A DNA stretch of 64,000 nt from Macrostomum hystrix. Lineage: Eukaryota; Animalia; Platyhelminthes. The position numbers were made by a program, and so were the translations under genes. The stretch spans positions 1,550,001-1,614,000 of the forward strand of contig CATNEN010000007.1 in the NCBI GenBank assembly GCA_950097015.1, written 5' to 3'. Positions 11,072-24,606 of the stretch are shown here, piece by piece (position 1 is the first letter of the stretch; every line of letters starts with the position of its first letter). The notes under the pieces were generated by a model, which saw only the letters and a program-made list of their open reading frames with translations, was not told the origin of the DNA and made no database searches.

Positions 11072-12530
11072 TCCGCAAAAAACAAAGGCGGCTGCAATGC
11101 TTAGGCAAGCAAACGGTGTCATATTATAAGCTAGTATTCCAGATCAACGCACTAACAAATGGCTGAGTAAATTTACTTTTAGTTTTAGATTAGATTATAA
11201 TAATATTTTTTTCTTCATTTAACAGTTCAAGGTAAATAAATAAGCAATATAGCGATAACAATTATTATACGGCAGTAGTATATGATTAGGCAGATTAAGA
11301 CGGGTAGTCTGTCGTAATTAGGATGCAAAAACGAGTTAAGTCAGTCCTCAGAAAAATGGCGTACACTCGGCTGTACTTCTGTAATTCAATCAACAATGCT
11401 GGATCTGCGCTCGTAATTGAGGCGACCACTTCAGGTGAGGGTAGTTATAGTTTTGTAGAGAAAATCAATTTCAAAACCGATTTCATTTTTCACATCTAGC
11501 TTCTTTACTTCTTTCGAACTAACAGTTCACACGAAGTTCACACACGCACTACACTACTGTCTTATCGGAGGCAGTAGAGTGCAAAGAGAAAAAACTTTTT
11601 ATAAAGAAAAAGAGCAGAATAATGTATTAGCTAAATATGGCATAAAGCAGGTGAGACAGATCCGATACGAAACTACTACTGCAACAGTGCGCATCGGACA
11701 GACTGAAAATAGACCAATTTAATAGCACAAAAATACAAAGCCAAACACCGAATATGTGGCACACTTATTACCAAGGATGCATTATTAGACTACGATACGA
11801 ATAAATATAATTCCCAATTCCTTCTGACAAGCAACCCTTAAGGGATACAAACCTTAAATGAGAATTAGTCAAAAGTTTGCACTTTTTGCTTTTCATGTTA
11901 GATTCGGCGGATTCCTGGGCAGTTTCCAGTAGGCATGAATCGCAGCAAAAGCAAAACTGCTCGATTTCTAGCGGATAGAGTGAAACATTGAGTCGGTGAA
12001 CAGACAAATAGACAGGCTAGTGTGAAACTGCGGTATACGAAGTAATGAAGTGATGTCAAAGTAAAATCATGAGAGTTAGCTAGTGCGTCACATTGTGTCT
12101 AACAAACGGACAAAAAACACCTGACCTTAAACAGAATCAACAGAAGAGAAATAACAATCACTGGATGATCCAGGATCTAAACCAGAACAATGGATCAGCA
12201 GGATCATCAATTGCGCCTAGACCTATGACGATATCCCTAAAGAATTTAGTGCCAAAATAAAAGTACATATTTATCAAGTTCAGTTGACAATTTAAATTTC
12301 TATAGATATTGTCAGACACTGGGAAAAAACTGGGAAACAACAAGAGGAAACTATGCGCTGATAAAAAGTAAGAGAAAAAAACTCAACGGAGTCTGTTTTC
12401 ATTAATTCCGATTTCCCTAAGACAGTTACATACAAACAAACAACAGTTAATTAAAAAAAGCGAACTTCAAGAAATGAGTAAATCTGTCTGTCTTCTTCAT
12501 TTTCTGTTATTTAATTATTGGTGTGTTCTA

Positions 12531-12536
12531 TTTATT
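12531..12536 (-). terminator. Putative COPA polyadenylation signal
   Basis: AATAAA on the minus strand about 35 nt after the stop codon. Confidence 0.45.
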
Positions 12537-12569
12537 TGCCACCAGAGGGAACTCCGAGTTTTAGCCAGC

Positions 12570-12629
12570 TCAGTGGGACTGATGCGCGCTGATCTTCAGT
12601 CCGGTCACTTCTTTGCCAATTTCGGTGCA
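12570..12629 (-). CDS. COPA: Coatomer subunit alpha, exon 9 (C-terminus)
   Basis: ttttgcag|CTEIGKEVTGLKISAHQSH* matches the alpha-COP C-terminus. All nine exons join in frame to 1235 aa. Confidence 0.93.
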   Translation of the reverse strand, partial: CTEIGKEVTGLKISAHQSH

Positions 12630-12755
12630 CTGCAAAATTCAGGCCGTAGCAATTTGATTGGAATTTGGTTCAATGAAAAAATCACTTTTTTAGAAATTCA
12701 ATTGAAATTGCACATAAAAAGGTAATTTTTTTCCATCAATTATTTTTAAAAGGAT

Positions 12756-13075
12756 ACTCACTGAAACTATAGAAAACTTCAGGAGACTCACTGAAACTAT
12801 AGAAAACTTCAGGAGACTCACTGAAACTATAGAAAACTTCAGGAGACTCACTGAAACTATAGAAAACTTCAGGAGACTCACTGAAACTATAGAAAACTTC
12901 AGGAGACTCACTGAAATCATAGAAAACTTCAGGAGACTCACTGAAACTATAGAAAACTTCAGGAGATTCACTGAAATCATAGAAAACTTCAGGAGACTCA
13001 CTGAAGCAATAGAAAACTTCAGGAGACTCACTGAAATCATAGAAAACTTCAGGAGACTCACTGAAGCTATGGAAA
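12756..13075. repeat. 30-bp minisatellite in COPA intron 8
   Basis: Unit ACTCACTGAAACTATAGAAAACTTCAGGAG, ~11 copies. Confidence 0.9.
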
Positions 13076-13133
13076 ACTATATGTAACTACCTCATCTACT
13101 ACACGGACCATAGAAAGGTAACTTAAAGCTCAC

Positions 13134-13604
13134 CAGAGTGACGCGGCAGAGTTGGCCGGCAAACTCTGGGGAGTAGCAGGCCCCAGACAGCGGATCTTTG
13201 ACTAAAGGTCGGCCCCTGTAGATCGGCACGTAGGAGGCGGCGCAGATGTCGAATGGATTGTGCGGATCGTAATTCAACTGCCTGGCGTCTGTTGGATTCT
13301 TTTCGCAGGTCTGCAAAATCTTGCGCGTCTCGTTGGCCACCTCGGGCTTGGGCCCGAGCTCCAATAGGCGCCTAGCGAACATGGCGGCGGTGGAGAAGTT
13401 CTGCAATTTGTAGAGAATCTTCAAAGCCGATCGCACAGTCAGCATGGTGTGGGTCGGCTGCAGATCGCAGTGGGTGAAATAGCAGGCCATCTCGGCTGAG
13501 CGAATCTCTTCAGACCGCGGCAGAGCCTTGCGGGCTAGCTCCATTTGCAGGCCGACAATGTAGTTGCGGCACACCTCGATTAACTGCTTGGCCTCGGCTA
13601 TCTC
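13134..13604 (-). CDS. COPA: Coatomer subunit alpha, exon 8
   Basis: [18 protein letters not shown]...[14 protein letters not shown]...[14 protein letters not shown] flanks. Confidence 0.97.
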
Positions 13605-13648
13605 CTGAGCAATGATTCATTTGGTTTGGGTTCGATTTGAACAGGGGG

Positions 13649-13950
13649 TCGTCTCCCGTGTCTCGTCTCTCCCGTGTCTCGTCTCTCCCGTGTCTCATCT
13701 CTCCCGTGTCTCATCTCTCCCGTGTCTCATCTCTCCCGTGTCTCATCTCTCCCGTGTCTCGTCTCTCCCGTGTCTCGTCTCTCCCGTGTCTCGTCTCTCC
13801 CGTGTCTCATCTCTCCCGTGTCTCGTCTCTCGTCTCTCCCGTGTCTCCCGTGTCTCATCTCTCCCGTGTCTCGTCTCTCGTCTCTCCCGTGTCTCATCTC
13901 TCCCGTGTCTCGTCTCTCCCGTGTCTCATCTCTCCCGTGTCTCGTCTCTC
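13649..13950. repeat. 17-bp minisatellite in COPA intron 7
   Basis: Unit TCTCTCCCGTGTCTCR, preceded or followed by one extra base. Confidence 0.9.
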
Positions 13951-13966
13951 TCCTGGGGCAGCTCAC

Positions 13967-14281
13967 CTGATTGCTGGTTACCACAAGCATTAGTACGCCT
14001 TGTAGGCACTGACGAAATCGTTCGACAGCTTCGGCAAAGTTGCCACGCGTGGTCAACCCGTAGGCTGTCTGCAGCCGGTCCAGGAGCTGACGGAGGCGAA
14101 CGCCAACAGCCGGCAGGCCGCCGCCGCCGCCACGCTGACCGCCGCTGCCAGTCTCTTTCCAATTGCGCAGCGGGGCCACAAACAGCGGCGGAGCTCCGGC
14201 CAGCGTGGGCAGGCAGGCCCTAGAGCGGGCGTAGGCCGACACGAACAAAGGCTTCAGTGGCTCGAAGCGGGAAACGCCAAT
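13967..14281 (-). CDS. COPA: Coatomer subunit alpha, exon 7
   Basis: IGVSRFEPLKPLF...LPAVGVRL...YGLTTRGNFAEAVERF. AG/GT flanks. Confidence 0.95.
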
Positions 14282-14373
14282 CTAGATGCCGGCGGGTGAC
14301 AATGGCAGTGAAATTCTATTCAAAGCTGACTGGCAATAAGAGTGAAATTTAATGCCATTCATTTTGTTTTTAC

Positions 14374-15485
14374 CTGCTGAGCCAGCAGCCTCATCGCTGA
14401 CTCCCAGCTGCCGGCGGCCGCATGATCAGCCGCCAACTGCGAGCCGGCCGTCCAGACCTGCTTGGCCGGCGGTCCGCGCACCGGCGGCACGTAGCCACCG
14501 GCGGCGCCTGCGCTGGCGTCGTGACCAGCCGCATCTGCCGGCAGGTCCAGATCATCGTCGACCTCCCAGCCGTCGCCCTCCTCGGCTTCAGCGTCCGAGC
14601 CGGCCTTGGCTGCGCCGGCCTTTGCCTCCTCATCTTCGTCGTCGTCGCCCCAGCCGCTGCCGGCGTCGACTTCTTCGACTTCAACAGCGGCCACGGCTGA
14701 TGCCGCCGGAGCGTCGGTGCCAGTCGAGCCGACAGCTGGAGCACCGCCGCCGCCGCCTCTGGCGCGCATGGCGGCCTCGAAGAAGTCCTTAGTAACAGTT
14801 AGCAAAGGCCAATTGGCATCCTGACTACGCAGCGGACACGGCGGCTGCAGCAGGCTGGCATTGGGGGCCGGCTCAGCTGCCAGAGAAGTGTCGTCGCCTT
14901 CGTTGCGCAGTCCGTGCGTAGCCGCAGTGAGCGCAGCCAGGCCAGTTTGGCCGCATGTGCGGAGGACGCGAACACGTTCGGATACGTCGCCGAGTAGCAG
15001 AGCCATCTGGAAGTGGCCGCTAGTGTCCTTGCGAATCTCGGCTATGCGCATCATCTTGCGCAGCTTGTCCAACTGGCCGCTGATGAGGTAGAGGAAGGCC
15101 AGCTTGTCAAAGTTCTTAGTGCGCTGATAGGCCATCTCAACCATCTGGTGGTTGCCGTGGGCCAGAGCCAGCTCGCCCAGGCGCTCCCAGCACTGCTTGT
15201 CGTCTAGGGCGCGGGCGCTCTCCAAGGCGGCGTCAAGATTGCCGCATTCAACGGCCAGGCCGAATCTGGTGCGCTCGTCCTTAACAAAATGAAGCGCCAC
15301 TTCCGGGTAGCCTTTGCGCTGCAGATAGGCAATGAGCGCCTGGCCAACCAGCTTGGCGTGCCGGACCATGTGCAGGACCTCTTCGTATTTGCGATTCACT
15401 AGGGCCAGTTTGAACCGGTATTCGGTTGGATCGATGCCTAGAACGCGGGGCACGCATTCCCGATCCAGACAGTAGACAGAGGTGC
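14374..15485 (-). CDS. COPA: Coatomer subunit alpha, exon 6
   Basis: VYCLDRE...[12 protein letters not shown]...[12 protein letters not shown]...NWPLLTV...[12 protein letters not shown] flanks. Confidence 0.97.
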
Positions 15486-15584
15486 CTGAATGAAGGGTTG
15501 GATAATCTTATGACTGATTTAGACAAATTTGTAAGGTTGCATTCAGCCTTTTAAACTAAAGCTTCAATTAGACACATATAATGG

Positions 15585-15925
15585 AGAGACAACCAGAACG
15601 GGCATCTAGAACAGACAGACATATAGAACAGACAGACATCTAGAACAGATCTACAAATCTAGAACAGAAATAGATCTAGAACAGACAGATCTAGAACAGA
15701 CAGATCCAGAACAGACAGAGATCTAGAACAGAGATCTAGAACAGACAGAGATCTAGAACAGACAGAGATCTAGAACAGACAGAGATCTAGAACAGAAAGA
15801 GATCTAGAACAGACAGATATCTAGAACAGACAGACATCTAGAACAGACAGACATCTAGAACAGACACCCATCTAGAACAGACAGACATCTAGAACGGACA
15901 GACATCTAGAACAAACGGTCATCTA
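15585..15925. repeat. AGATCTAGAACAGAC(AG) minisatellite in COPA intron 5
   Basis: 17-19-bp units with overlapping AGATCT/TCTAGA palindromes. Confidence 0.85.
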
Positions 15926-16023
15926 GAACAAACTGACAATTGGACCAGAAAAACACCTTGCCAAGACAAACACATAGCAGAGAGACACTCAGAGCAGAAC
16001 AGAAACAAATTTAAACTGCTCAC

Positions 16024-16276
16024 CCTTGACGCGAGTGAGATAGATGGGCACATCAAGAGTCCTGATGATGCCGTTGTCACCGGAGCTAAGCAGATACTTG
16101 ATGTGGTTAGCGGTGGTGTACAAGAGTACACCGGAGTCATCCCAGGCGGCGCTCTTCACCCGGACGCTCTCCTGCACAGTGCATAGGGTGGCCAACTTGC
16201 GATCGCACAGTGTGACAGTCAGCTTGGAGATCAGGGCCACGTTGGACATGTCGTTGGACCAGATGGCTTGACGGAC
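16024..16276 (-). CDS. COPA: Coatomer subunit alpha, exon 5
   Basis: VRQAIWSNDMS...RVKSAAWDDSGV...GIIRTLDVPIY. Phase-1 donor G|GTGAGC. Confidence 0.97.
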
Positions 16277-16992
16277 CTGTAGAAAATATACAAAACTGAT
16301 TTGAGTCTGTACTCAATATTTAGAAATTGAGAATTAATATTCAGGTTGGATTAACAGTAGAACTATCAAGGGGGTAGTTCCCCCCAATGACAATTTTTTG
16401 TGCTGCACCCGAACGGAGCAACGCAAGCACACGAAACTTAAGAACACGGTCCAACTTTTTCTGTGCATCTTCTGAAACAAAAATCACGTCGCCAGCTCTT
16501 CAGACCGTCTAGATATTCAATGGTTCTGGTGATTTTTCCCATAAGCGCTAGTGTATTTCATACACCCCTAAACACGAATAGGCAATGCGCCTCAGTGCGG
16601 CCTTGCCAGGCCTTCAAAATTTATCAGCAAGTCACCGGTCTGTGCCTGCATCATCTCCGTCTTCGGCGGTCACCTACCTTTATCTAGACGGACTGCTGGA
16701 CCTTCAAGGGCTACAACAGTTGGAAATAGACCACTATGGACACCCTGACGCGAATTTTTCCAATTTCACTGATCAAGCCTAAATATTAGGCGCAGCTCAA
16801 CCACAGTACACAATGGCACAGTCTGTCAACCAATCGGTCACTACCCAACGCTGTTAGCATTCAGGCGCTGCCAAAAAATCCCCCTTGGTATAAAAACAGG
16901 CGGCAAAATGGCTTGGCAGTCCTTCTTTTAAGGATCTGTATAAAAATAATTGACTATTATCCACCCAGTATTATGTATTCGACATCACTAAC

Positions 16993-17481
16993 CTGAGTAG
17001 CCTTCACTGAGTTCAGAGCTCGCTTCTGCTGCACATCGTACAGAGATACAGTGTCTGGCTCTTTAACAAGCAGGCAGCCAGTTCCAGCGTAGAAAATCTC
17101 TTCGGCATTGGGCAGCTGGAACTTCTTTGACACTTCGTTGCGCATGTTTTTCACAGACAGAGTGTGGCCTTTGTCCAGCACGGCAAAACGATTGCGCGCC
17201 ACCCAGACAGCGTTTAGGCCGGACGAGCGCTTGGAATCGGCCGAATCGGCCGCGGAATCGGACGAAGCGTCGCGCGGCAAAATGTGCAACTCGTAAGTCG
17301 AATTGTCCGGATTGGAGCTGCGACAGCCCAATAGTACGGCATTTTCGGCCGGATTGAACGACAAGCTAGTGTAGTTGTTGGACTTTTTCGGCAGCTGCAG
17401 CACAGGCTGATCTTTGTTTGTGTTCAGATCCAATCGGCGCAGGGTCTTCTGCTTCACGTAGAGCAGACAGTTCTCGTGAAT
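16993..17481 (-). CDS. COPA: Coatomer subunit alpha, exon 4
   Basis: IHENCLLYVK...NPAENAVLL...VWVARNRFAVLD...YDVQQKR. AG/GT flanks. Confidence 0.97.
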
Positions 17482-17711
17482 CTAAAGAAAATTATGAATG
17501 AGTGACAAGCTAGTCAAGAGTAGTAGCTAAACCAAATAGAGAGACAACTTAACTCATACAAAATGGAATACTCAGTCTACGGATTTTAGAGCAGTAACTA
17601 ATCAAACTGAGGAACTGGGAGTGACAACTGCTAAGCTTGGGGGTATCTAAAGCTTAGCTGCTGCCTTGAAAAACTCCTTCAATTAAAGTGTCTCTACCCG
17701 CCCCAACTTAC

Positions 17712-18146
17712 AGAGTAGGCGGGTCTCTCCCGCTCCAGCTTGAAGATGACCATGCCGTTGTCGTGCCCGGCTGCGAACAAATTCAGCGACGGATGAGCCG
17801 TCATGATCCAGAAGCGATCATTGTCGCGACGAAATGTCTGGACGCAGGTCCGCTTGGCCATGTCCCAGACGCGGATGCTTTTATCCTCGCTGTTGCTAAG
17901 CATGAGCTCCTGGCGCGGATGGAAGATGGCGCATGACACATTATTGTAGTGACCTCGGCAGGTGTCTAATTCCCAGGCCTTGCTGTCGTTCATGCGCCAC
18001 AGCTTCACCTGGCGATCGTCCGCAGCGCTAACAATTACGGGCATTGTGGGATGAAACATAACCCAGTTGACGCCGCGATCGTGGCCTTCTAGCACGTGCT
18101 TCACAATGGCGTCGGTGGTGCCAAATAGGTCGGTGTGGCCGGGACC
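17712..18146 (-). CDS. COPA: Coatomer subunit alpha, exon 3 (WD40)
   Basis: [23 protein letters not shown]...[14 protein letters not shown] flanks, phase 0. Confidence 0.97.
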
Positions 18147-18245
18147 CTTGGAGGTGAAGAGAAAATAAAGTTTTTCCTTTTTGGCCTTGCCTGAGGTTTA
18201 GTGTTAGTTTTTTGTGCACTTGATAACAATATTAAAAAAACTCAC

Positions 18246-18778
18246 CTGCATTCCGCCGCCCCTGTAGCCGCCAATATCGTCGTGTCCGCCAAGGCCAGGC
18301 GCAACATTTTTCTTCCTCAGGCCGCTAATATCCCAAACTCGAATGGTTTGATCAAGGCTAGCGCTGACCACCAAATCTTCGCTAGGATGAAACTGGGCGC
18401 ACATAACGTAGTGACTGTGGCCAGTGAGCACACAGATAGCTGTGCGAGCCTGCCAGTTCCACACGCGAATCGTCTGATCATCGGACGCTGATAGAATCCA
18501 AGGATATTCGTGATGAAAGAAGGTGGTGCGAATGTAGTCCAGGTGACCCAATAGGGTGAACAGGCATTTGCGCTGCTTGTAATTCCACACTTTGATCTTA
18601 TAATCATCGCCGCCAGATACAAACAGTGGCTGATTGCCGTGGAAGTGAATGCCACGCACTGGGCCTTCGTGTTCGTCAAACTTTTCAATTAGGGTGCGCA
18701 TGCGATAGTCCCACAGCTGGATGATGCCATTGTGCAGGGAGCACAGAATCCATGGACGCTTGGGATGGAATGAAATGC
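18246..18778 (-). CDS. COPA: Coatomer subunit alpha, exon 2 (WD40)
   Basis: ISFHPKRPW...DEHEGPVRG...GHLDYIRT. Acceptor ccgcag|, donor CAG|GTGAG. Confidence 0.97.
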
Positions 18779-19627
18779 CTGCGGGTGGGAGTTTGTAAAC
18801 AAAAATGCTTTGAAGAGTCTAGAAATATAAGAATCTATTGAAACAAAAAAAGTGCATAACAAACAATAATACAAGAAAAAAATCGGATTCAAGCATTCAA
18901 AAGAATTTAATTTAAGATAAACACTATTTGTAACTAATGCATACTAATGTGTATACTATGGTAATATTCACGTTATATGACTGAGTTTTGTTATCACATT
19001 GATTTACATTTTACGAAATTCTAAGTTAAAAAAATAAAAACAACATCAAATTTTTAGTATGGCTGACTGACAAAGTGGAGACAATGCAACAACTCATATA
19101 GGAACAATTGGTTTTTATTTCAATTAAGGATTATAAGGATGTCTGGGTGCTAGAAAATAGTTTTGATTTAAATGTATTTTATGCAAAAGCACCACAATTT
19201 TATGCTAATTATTTGTTTTCTTAGTGTAATACTTTCATTGTAGGCAGTTTGCTATAGCTTGAATTAGGCTTGCTTAAGAAAGGAAAATATAAATCTAATA
19301 TAAGTAAGTTAACACAAGGAACATGTCAATGCATTGTTAGTCATAGCCTTTTTTGAGGAACTATTTATTCACTAGGCCAATAATTTCAAAATAATCATAG
19401 AGGTTAGACAGGATCACCTATACTAATGTTTTCGATCATAATTCAATTTATTCTTTAATTTTAATATGTTAAATCTTGAAGAATTGTGTCAGGCTACAGC
19501 TATTAAAAAAATTAAAACTGGTTAACAAACCTTTTAAGTATAGACTTTTTTATATATAAACAAGCAAGTTAAGCACATACATAAATTTAAATTTTAGGCA
19601 TACTTCTCAAATAGTTTGTTTAACTAT

Positions 19628-20107
19628 TTTTCTGTTTTTTTTGCACTTACTCCACTTGAGAAGCTAATTCAGCATGTGTAGATATCCACGGGTAATTTAA
19701 ATAGTAAAATTAACAACTTAGTTTTTTGCTCTTTTTTTCTGTCTTTATTAACAATTCCTAACAATGCTTCCTAACAACAAGTTTCACTAAGACTTATTGG
19801 TTAATAGTCTCTAATAGCAATAACTCAGCAGCAAGAACATAAGTCTGAGTGCTCATACTTCCCCTCTCCTTCTAGCCTAAAGTCATCCATTTGGGCTATA
19901 GACACTCACAGACACCAGTGCCATGTCAGACAAACACGGTTACTATGTTTTCGCACAAATTTGAAATTAAAAAAATTCTTGAAACTTAATATTGTTAGGA
20001 ATTGTTAGATACAGAAACATGCTTGATTTTACTATTTAAATAGCTTGGGGAATGTCTAAACATGCTAAAATTAGCTTTTCAGGTGAAGAAATTGCAAAAA
20101 CAGAAAA
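19628..20107. mobile_element. Degenerate fold-back/MITE-like inverted repeat in COPA intron 1
   Basis: 19628-19765 is an imperfect reverse complement of 19991-20107 (shared AACAATTCCTAACAAT, TTTAAATAGTAAAAT, AAGCTAATT). Confidence 0.55.
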
Positions 20108-20490
20108 TAATTTTACTAAGCTTTTATAATATTTATAATACTAAATTTTATAATAATGCCTACACTTATATCCATGTAGAAAAAAGTTATTATTAAAACA
20201 TATTTTTGGATAATTGTTATTTGTTTTGCTCAAAAAAACTTATAAATTCTGTAACAATTACTGATTAGCTCTGTAATTCATTACATTCTACTTTAAAAAC
20301 CTATGATTTAAAGAGTGATTTGGTACAATTATAATTTTATATTTTGCAATATAGCTTATTTTTAGTGTAGTTTATGTGCTTAATAAAATAAATATGATTT
20401 AGGTCAATACCAGTTGTATACAGTTGTATACAGTTGTATACAGTATACAAACAGTTTTTTCTATTCGCAAAAATACTTTAATGAACTTAC

Positions 20491-20530
20491 CCTTAACTCG
20501 AGCCGACTTAGACTCAAATTTTGATAGCAT
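20491..20530 (-). CDS. COPA: Coatomer subunit alpha, exon 1
   Basis: ATG CTA TCA AAA TTT GAG TCT AAG TCG GCT CGA GTT AAG G|GTAAGT = MLSKFESKSARVKG, the canonical alpha-COP N-terminus. Too short for the ORF track. Confidence 0.95.
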
Positions 20531-21636
20531 TTCCGACTTGTGGTCAGAAATACAAATGTCAAGAAAAATGAAAGTTATATAAAGTTAAAATAACTTTTTT
20601 TTTATTTTATAAGTTTGCTAGAAACCTTATGTAATACTACTCTGTTGAGAAGCGAAGATATTGTAAAAGTATGTGACGCAGACAGACAAACTTGCAGTCT
20701 TAATCAAGTGATGTGTCAGCAAACGAAAAAATTCAAGTTTATTGCATTCATTGTGCTATTTTTGTCCTTAATGATGAATAATAACGTATTTGTTTCTTTT
20801 TTTCTTTTCTTTCTATAATATTACATTGCAGTTACTACATTAACATGGATTATTTATTTAACTGACGAAAACACCGTAAAGATAATGCTTGGCTAATGAC
20901 ATTATTTACGTGTTAAAACATCAAGATGCAACAAAAAAGTACACACTAGCAATCTTAAAAAGCCAGTTCATTTTGCGGCTGTGGCAAATTAATGTGGAAA
21001 AATATATCCACTATACTAAAAATGAAATGGTTGGTTGGTTGGTTGGTTGGTTGGTTGGTTGTAATTGATTTTCTCCCGAACGGCTCAACCGATTTTCACC
21101 ATTTCTTCACCAAAAGATGCCAAATATGGGGACAATTATACACGTATTTTTATTAAGCTTAACTTTATTGCTAAAGGGATTAAATATTCGAAAAACATGA
21201 TTTTTCAAAGGTCAAACCATCTTGGCCTATTGAGAATTTTACTCACTGCCGCTGAATTAGAATTGCATCGTCAAATTGCGCAACAACCCCTAGCTGATTG
21301 AATTTGAAGCCTGCACTCTGGAGACAAATGGGAAATAAATGTACACAACCAACCGCGAGACTGAGTGTACTCTATTTTCTTACTTCATTGTACAAAGCCA
21401 GAACTTTGAGAATTCATTTTATAAGGCTGATTTTTGCACCCACTAACCAACAGTCGGAATAGCCGATGTGTAGGCACTAGGAATAGGTTAGGCTAGGCTA
21501 GGGTTCGATTCTGCACTGCGTCAAATCATTTAGACTAATTTTCAGCCAGTAGTGATTGAAGATTTTTTTAATTTATTTTTTTCATTTCGTAAATAAAATA
21601 TCATAAATCATAGCACACCGGCAAAAAAAGATTTTG

Positions 21637-22620
21637 AATCATGGCTAAACCAGAGTCGGAATCATGGCTAAACCAGAGTCTGAATCATGGCTAAACCAGA
21701 GTCTGAATCATGGCTAAACCAGAGTCTGAATCAAGGCTAAACCAGAGTCTGAATCATGGCTAAACCAGAGTCTGAATCATGGCTAAACCAGAGTCTGAAT
21801 CATGGCTAAACCAGAGTCTGAATCATGGCTAAACCAGAGTCTGAATCATGGCTAAACCAGAGTCTGAATCAAGGCTAAACCAGAGTCTGGATCATGGCTA
21901 AACCAGAGTCTGAATCATGGCTACACCAGAGTCTGAATCATGGCTAAACCAGAGTCTGAATCATGGCTAAACCAGAGTCTGAATCATGGCTACACCAGAG
22001 TCTGAATCATAGCTAAACCAGAGTCTGAATCATGGCTAAACCAGAGTCAGAATCATGGCTAAACCAGAGTCAGAATCATGGCTACACCAGAGTCTGAATC
22101 ATGGCTAAACCAGAGTCTGAATCATGGCTACACCAGAGTCTGAATCATAGCTAAACCAGAGTCTGAATCATAGCTAAACCAGAGTCTGAATCATGGCTAA
22201 ACCAGCGTCAGAATCATGGCTAAACCAGAGTCTGAATCATGGCTAAACCAGAGTTTGAATCATAGCCAAACCAGCGTCTGAATCATGGCTAAACCAGAGT
22301 TTGAATCATAGCTAAACCAGCGTCTGAATCATGGCTAAACTAGATTCTGAATCATGGCTAAACCAGAGTTTGAATCATGGCTAAACCAGAGTTTGAATCA
22401 TGGCTAACCCAGCGTTTGAATCATTGCTAAACCAGAGTTTAAATCATAGCTAAACCAGCGTCTGAATCATGGCTAAACCAGAGTTTGAATCATAGCTAAA
22501 CCAGCGTCTGAATCATGGCTAAACTAGATTCTGAATCATGGCTAAACCAGAGTTTGAATCATGGCTAAACCAGAGTTTGAATCATGGCTAACCCAGCGTT
22601 TGAATCATTGCTAAACCAGA
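21637..22620. repeat. 23-bp satellite in Helitron copy 1
   Basis: Unit GAATCATGGCTAAACCAGAGTCT. Confidence 0.95.
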
Positions 22621-23895
22621 ACTGGTGGATAATCGTCAACTGGGGGATCATGGTAAACTGGGGGATAATTGTCAACTGGGGGATCATTGTCAACTGGAGG
22701 ATCATTGGCAACTGGGGGATAATTGTCAACTGGGGGATAATTGTCACGGGGAAACATCACCAAATGCGGGATCATAATCAACTAGGGGATCATTGTCAAC
22801 TAGGGGATCATGCTCAACTGGGGGAACATTGTCAACTGGGATCACCATCAATGGGGGATCATAGTCAACTGAGAGATAATTGTCGACTGGGGGATAATCG
22901 TCAACTGGGGGATCATGGTCAACTGGAGGATCATTGTCAACGGGGGGATAATTGTCAACTGGGGGATAATTGTCAACTGGGGGATCATTGTCAACTGGAG
23001 GATCATTGGCAACTGGGGGATAATTGTCAACTGGGGGATAATTGTCACGGGGAAACATCACCAAATGCGGGATCATAATCAACTAGGGGATCATTGTCAA
23101 CTAGGGGATCATGTTCAACTGGGGGAACATTGTCAACTGGGATCACCATCAATGGGGGATCATAGTCAACTGAGAGATAATTGTCGAGTGGGGGATAATC
23201 GTCAACTGGGGGATCATGGTCAACTGGAGGATCATTGTCAACGGGGGGATAATTGTCAACTGGGGGATAATTGTCAACTGGGGAGTCATCATCAAATGCG
23301 GGATCATGGTTAACTGGGGGATAATTGTCAACTGGGGGATCATTGTCAACTGGGAGATCATTGTCAATGTCAACTGGGGGATCATTGTCAACTGGGGATC
23401 ATTGTCAACTGGGGGTTTATCATCACCCGGAGGATCATTGTGAACTGGGGGGATCATTGTCAACTTGTTGATCATCATCAACTGGGGGATCATTGTCAAC
23501 TGTGGGAACATTGTCAACTGGGGGAACGTTGTCAACTGGAGATTATCATCAATGGGGAGTCATCATTAACTGGGGGATCATTGTCAACTGCGTGATCATC
23601 ATCAATTGGGGGATTATTGTCAACTCGGGGATCATTGTCAGCTGTGGGAACATTGTCAACTGGGGATCATCATCAATGGGGAGTCATCATTAACTGGGGG
23701 ATCATTGTCAACTGCGTGATCATCATCAATTGAGGGATTATTGTCAACTGGGGGATCATAATCAACTGCGTGATCATCATCAATTGGGGGATTATTGTCA
23801 ACGGGGGGATCATTGTCAACTGGGGGATCATTGTCAACTGGGGGATTATTGTCAACTGGGGGATCTTTATCAACTGGGGGATCATTGTCAACTGA
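22621..23895. repeat. 18-bp satellite in Helitron copy 1
   Basis: Unit TGGGGGATCATTGTCAAC. Confidence 0.95.
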
Positions 23896-24606
23896 TCATT
23901 GTAGCGTAAAAAGGCTGAAAATGCAGCTGCTAAAAAGTGTATACTGGACGAAATCAAAATATTTCTGCTCCCCGAAGGGGGGCAAAACTTGCTAGTCCAC
24001 TATACTAAAAATGAAATGCTTGCTTGCTTGCTTGCTTGCTTGTAATTGATTTTCTGCCGAACGGCTCAACCAATTTTCACCATTTCTTCACCAAAAGATG
24101 CTAAATATGGGGACAATTATACACGTATTTTTATTAAGCTTAACTTTATTGCTAAAGGGATTAAATATTCGAAAAACATGATTTTTCAAAGGTCAAACCA
24201 TCTTGGCCTATTGAGAATTTTACTCACTGCCACTGAATTAGAATTGCATCGTCAAATTGCGCAACAACCCCTAGCTGATTGAATTTGAAGCCTGCACTCT
24301 GGAGACAAATTGGAAATAAATGTACACAACCAACCGCGAGACTGAGTGTACTCTATTTTCTTACTTCATTGTACAAAGCCAGAACTTTGAGAATTCATTT
24401 TATAAGGCTGATTTTTGCACCCACTAACCAACAGTCGGAATAGCCGATGTGTAGGCACTAGGAATAGGTTATAGGCTAGGCTACTAGGGTTCGATTCTGC
24501 ACTGCGTCAAATCATTTTAGACTAATTTTCAGCCAGTAGTGATTGAAGACTATTTTAATTTATTTTTTTCATTTCGTAAATAAAATATCATAAATCATAG
24601 CACACC

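Larger units (their letters stand above)
21007..23995 (+). mobile_element. Non-autonomous Helitron, copy 1
   Basis: 5' A|TCCACTATAC, (GTTG)n, ~600-bp conserved body, internal 23-bp and 18-bp arrays, 3' CTCCCC-GAA-GGGGGG hairpin then CTAG. Confidence 0.85.

Noticed and set aside
7177-11108. ORFs of 747, 558, 362 and 279 aa (MLFTFTLTHRH and HIHSNSPSHVV repeats)
   Set aside because: They are translations of a stop-free 33-bp satellite. +1 insertions switch frames, and there is no unique coding context.
11356-11435. Possible plus-strand first exon (AAAATGG...G|GTGAGG)
   Set aside because: No downstream exon identified and no homology recognised.
16364-16891. Short inverted CAAGGGGG ends in COPA intron 4
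   Set aside because: Only ~11 bp match, which is insufficient to call a MITE.
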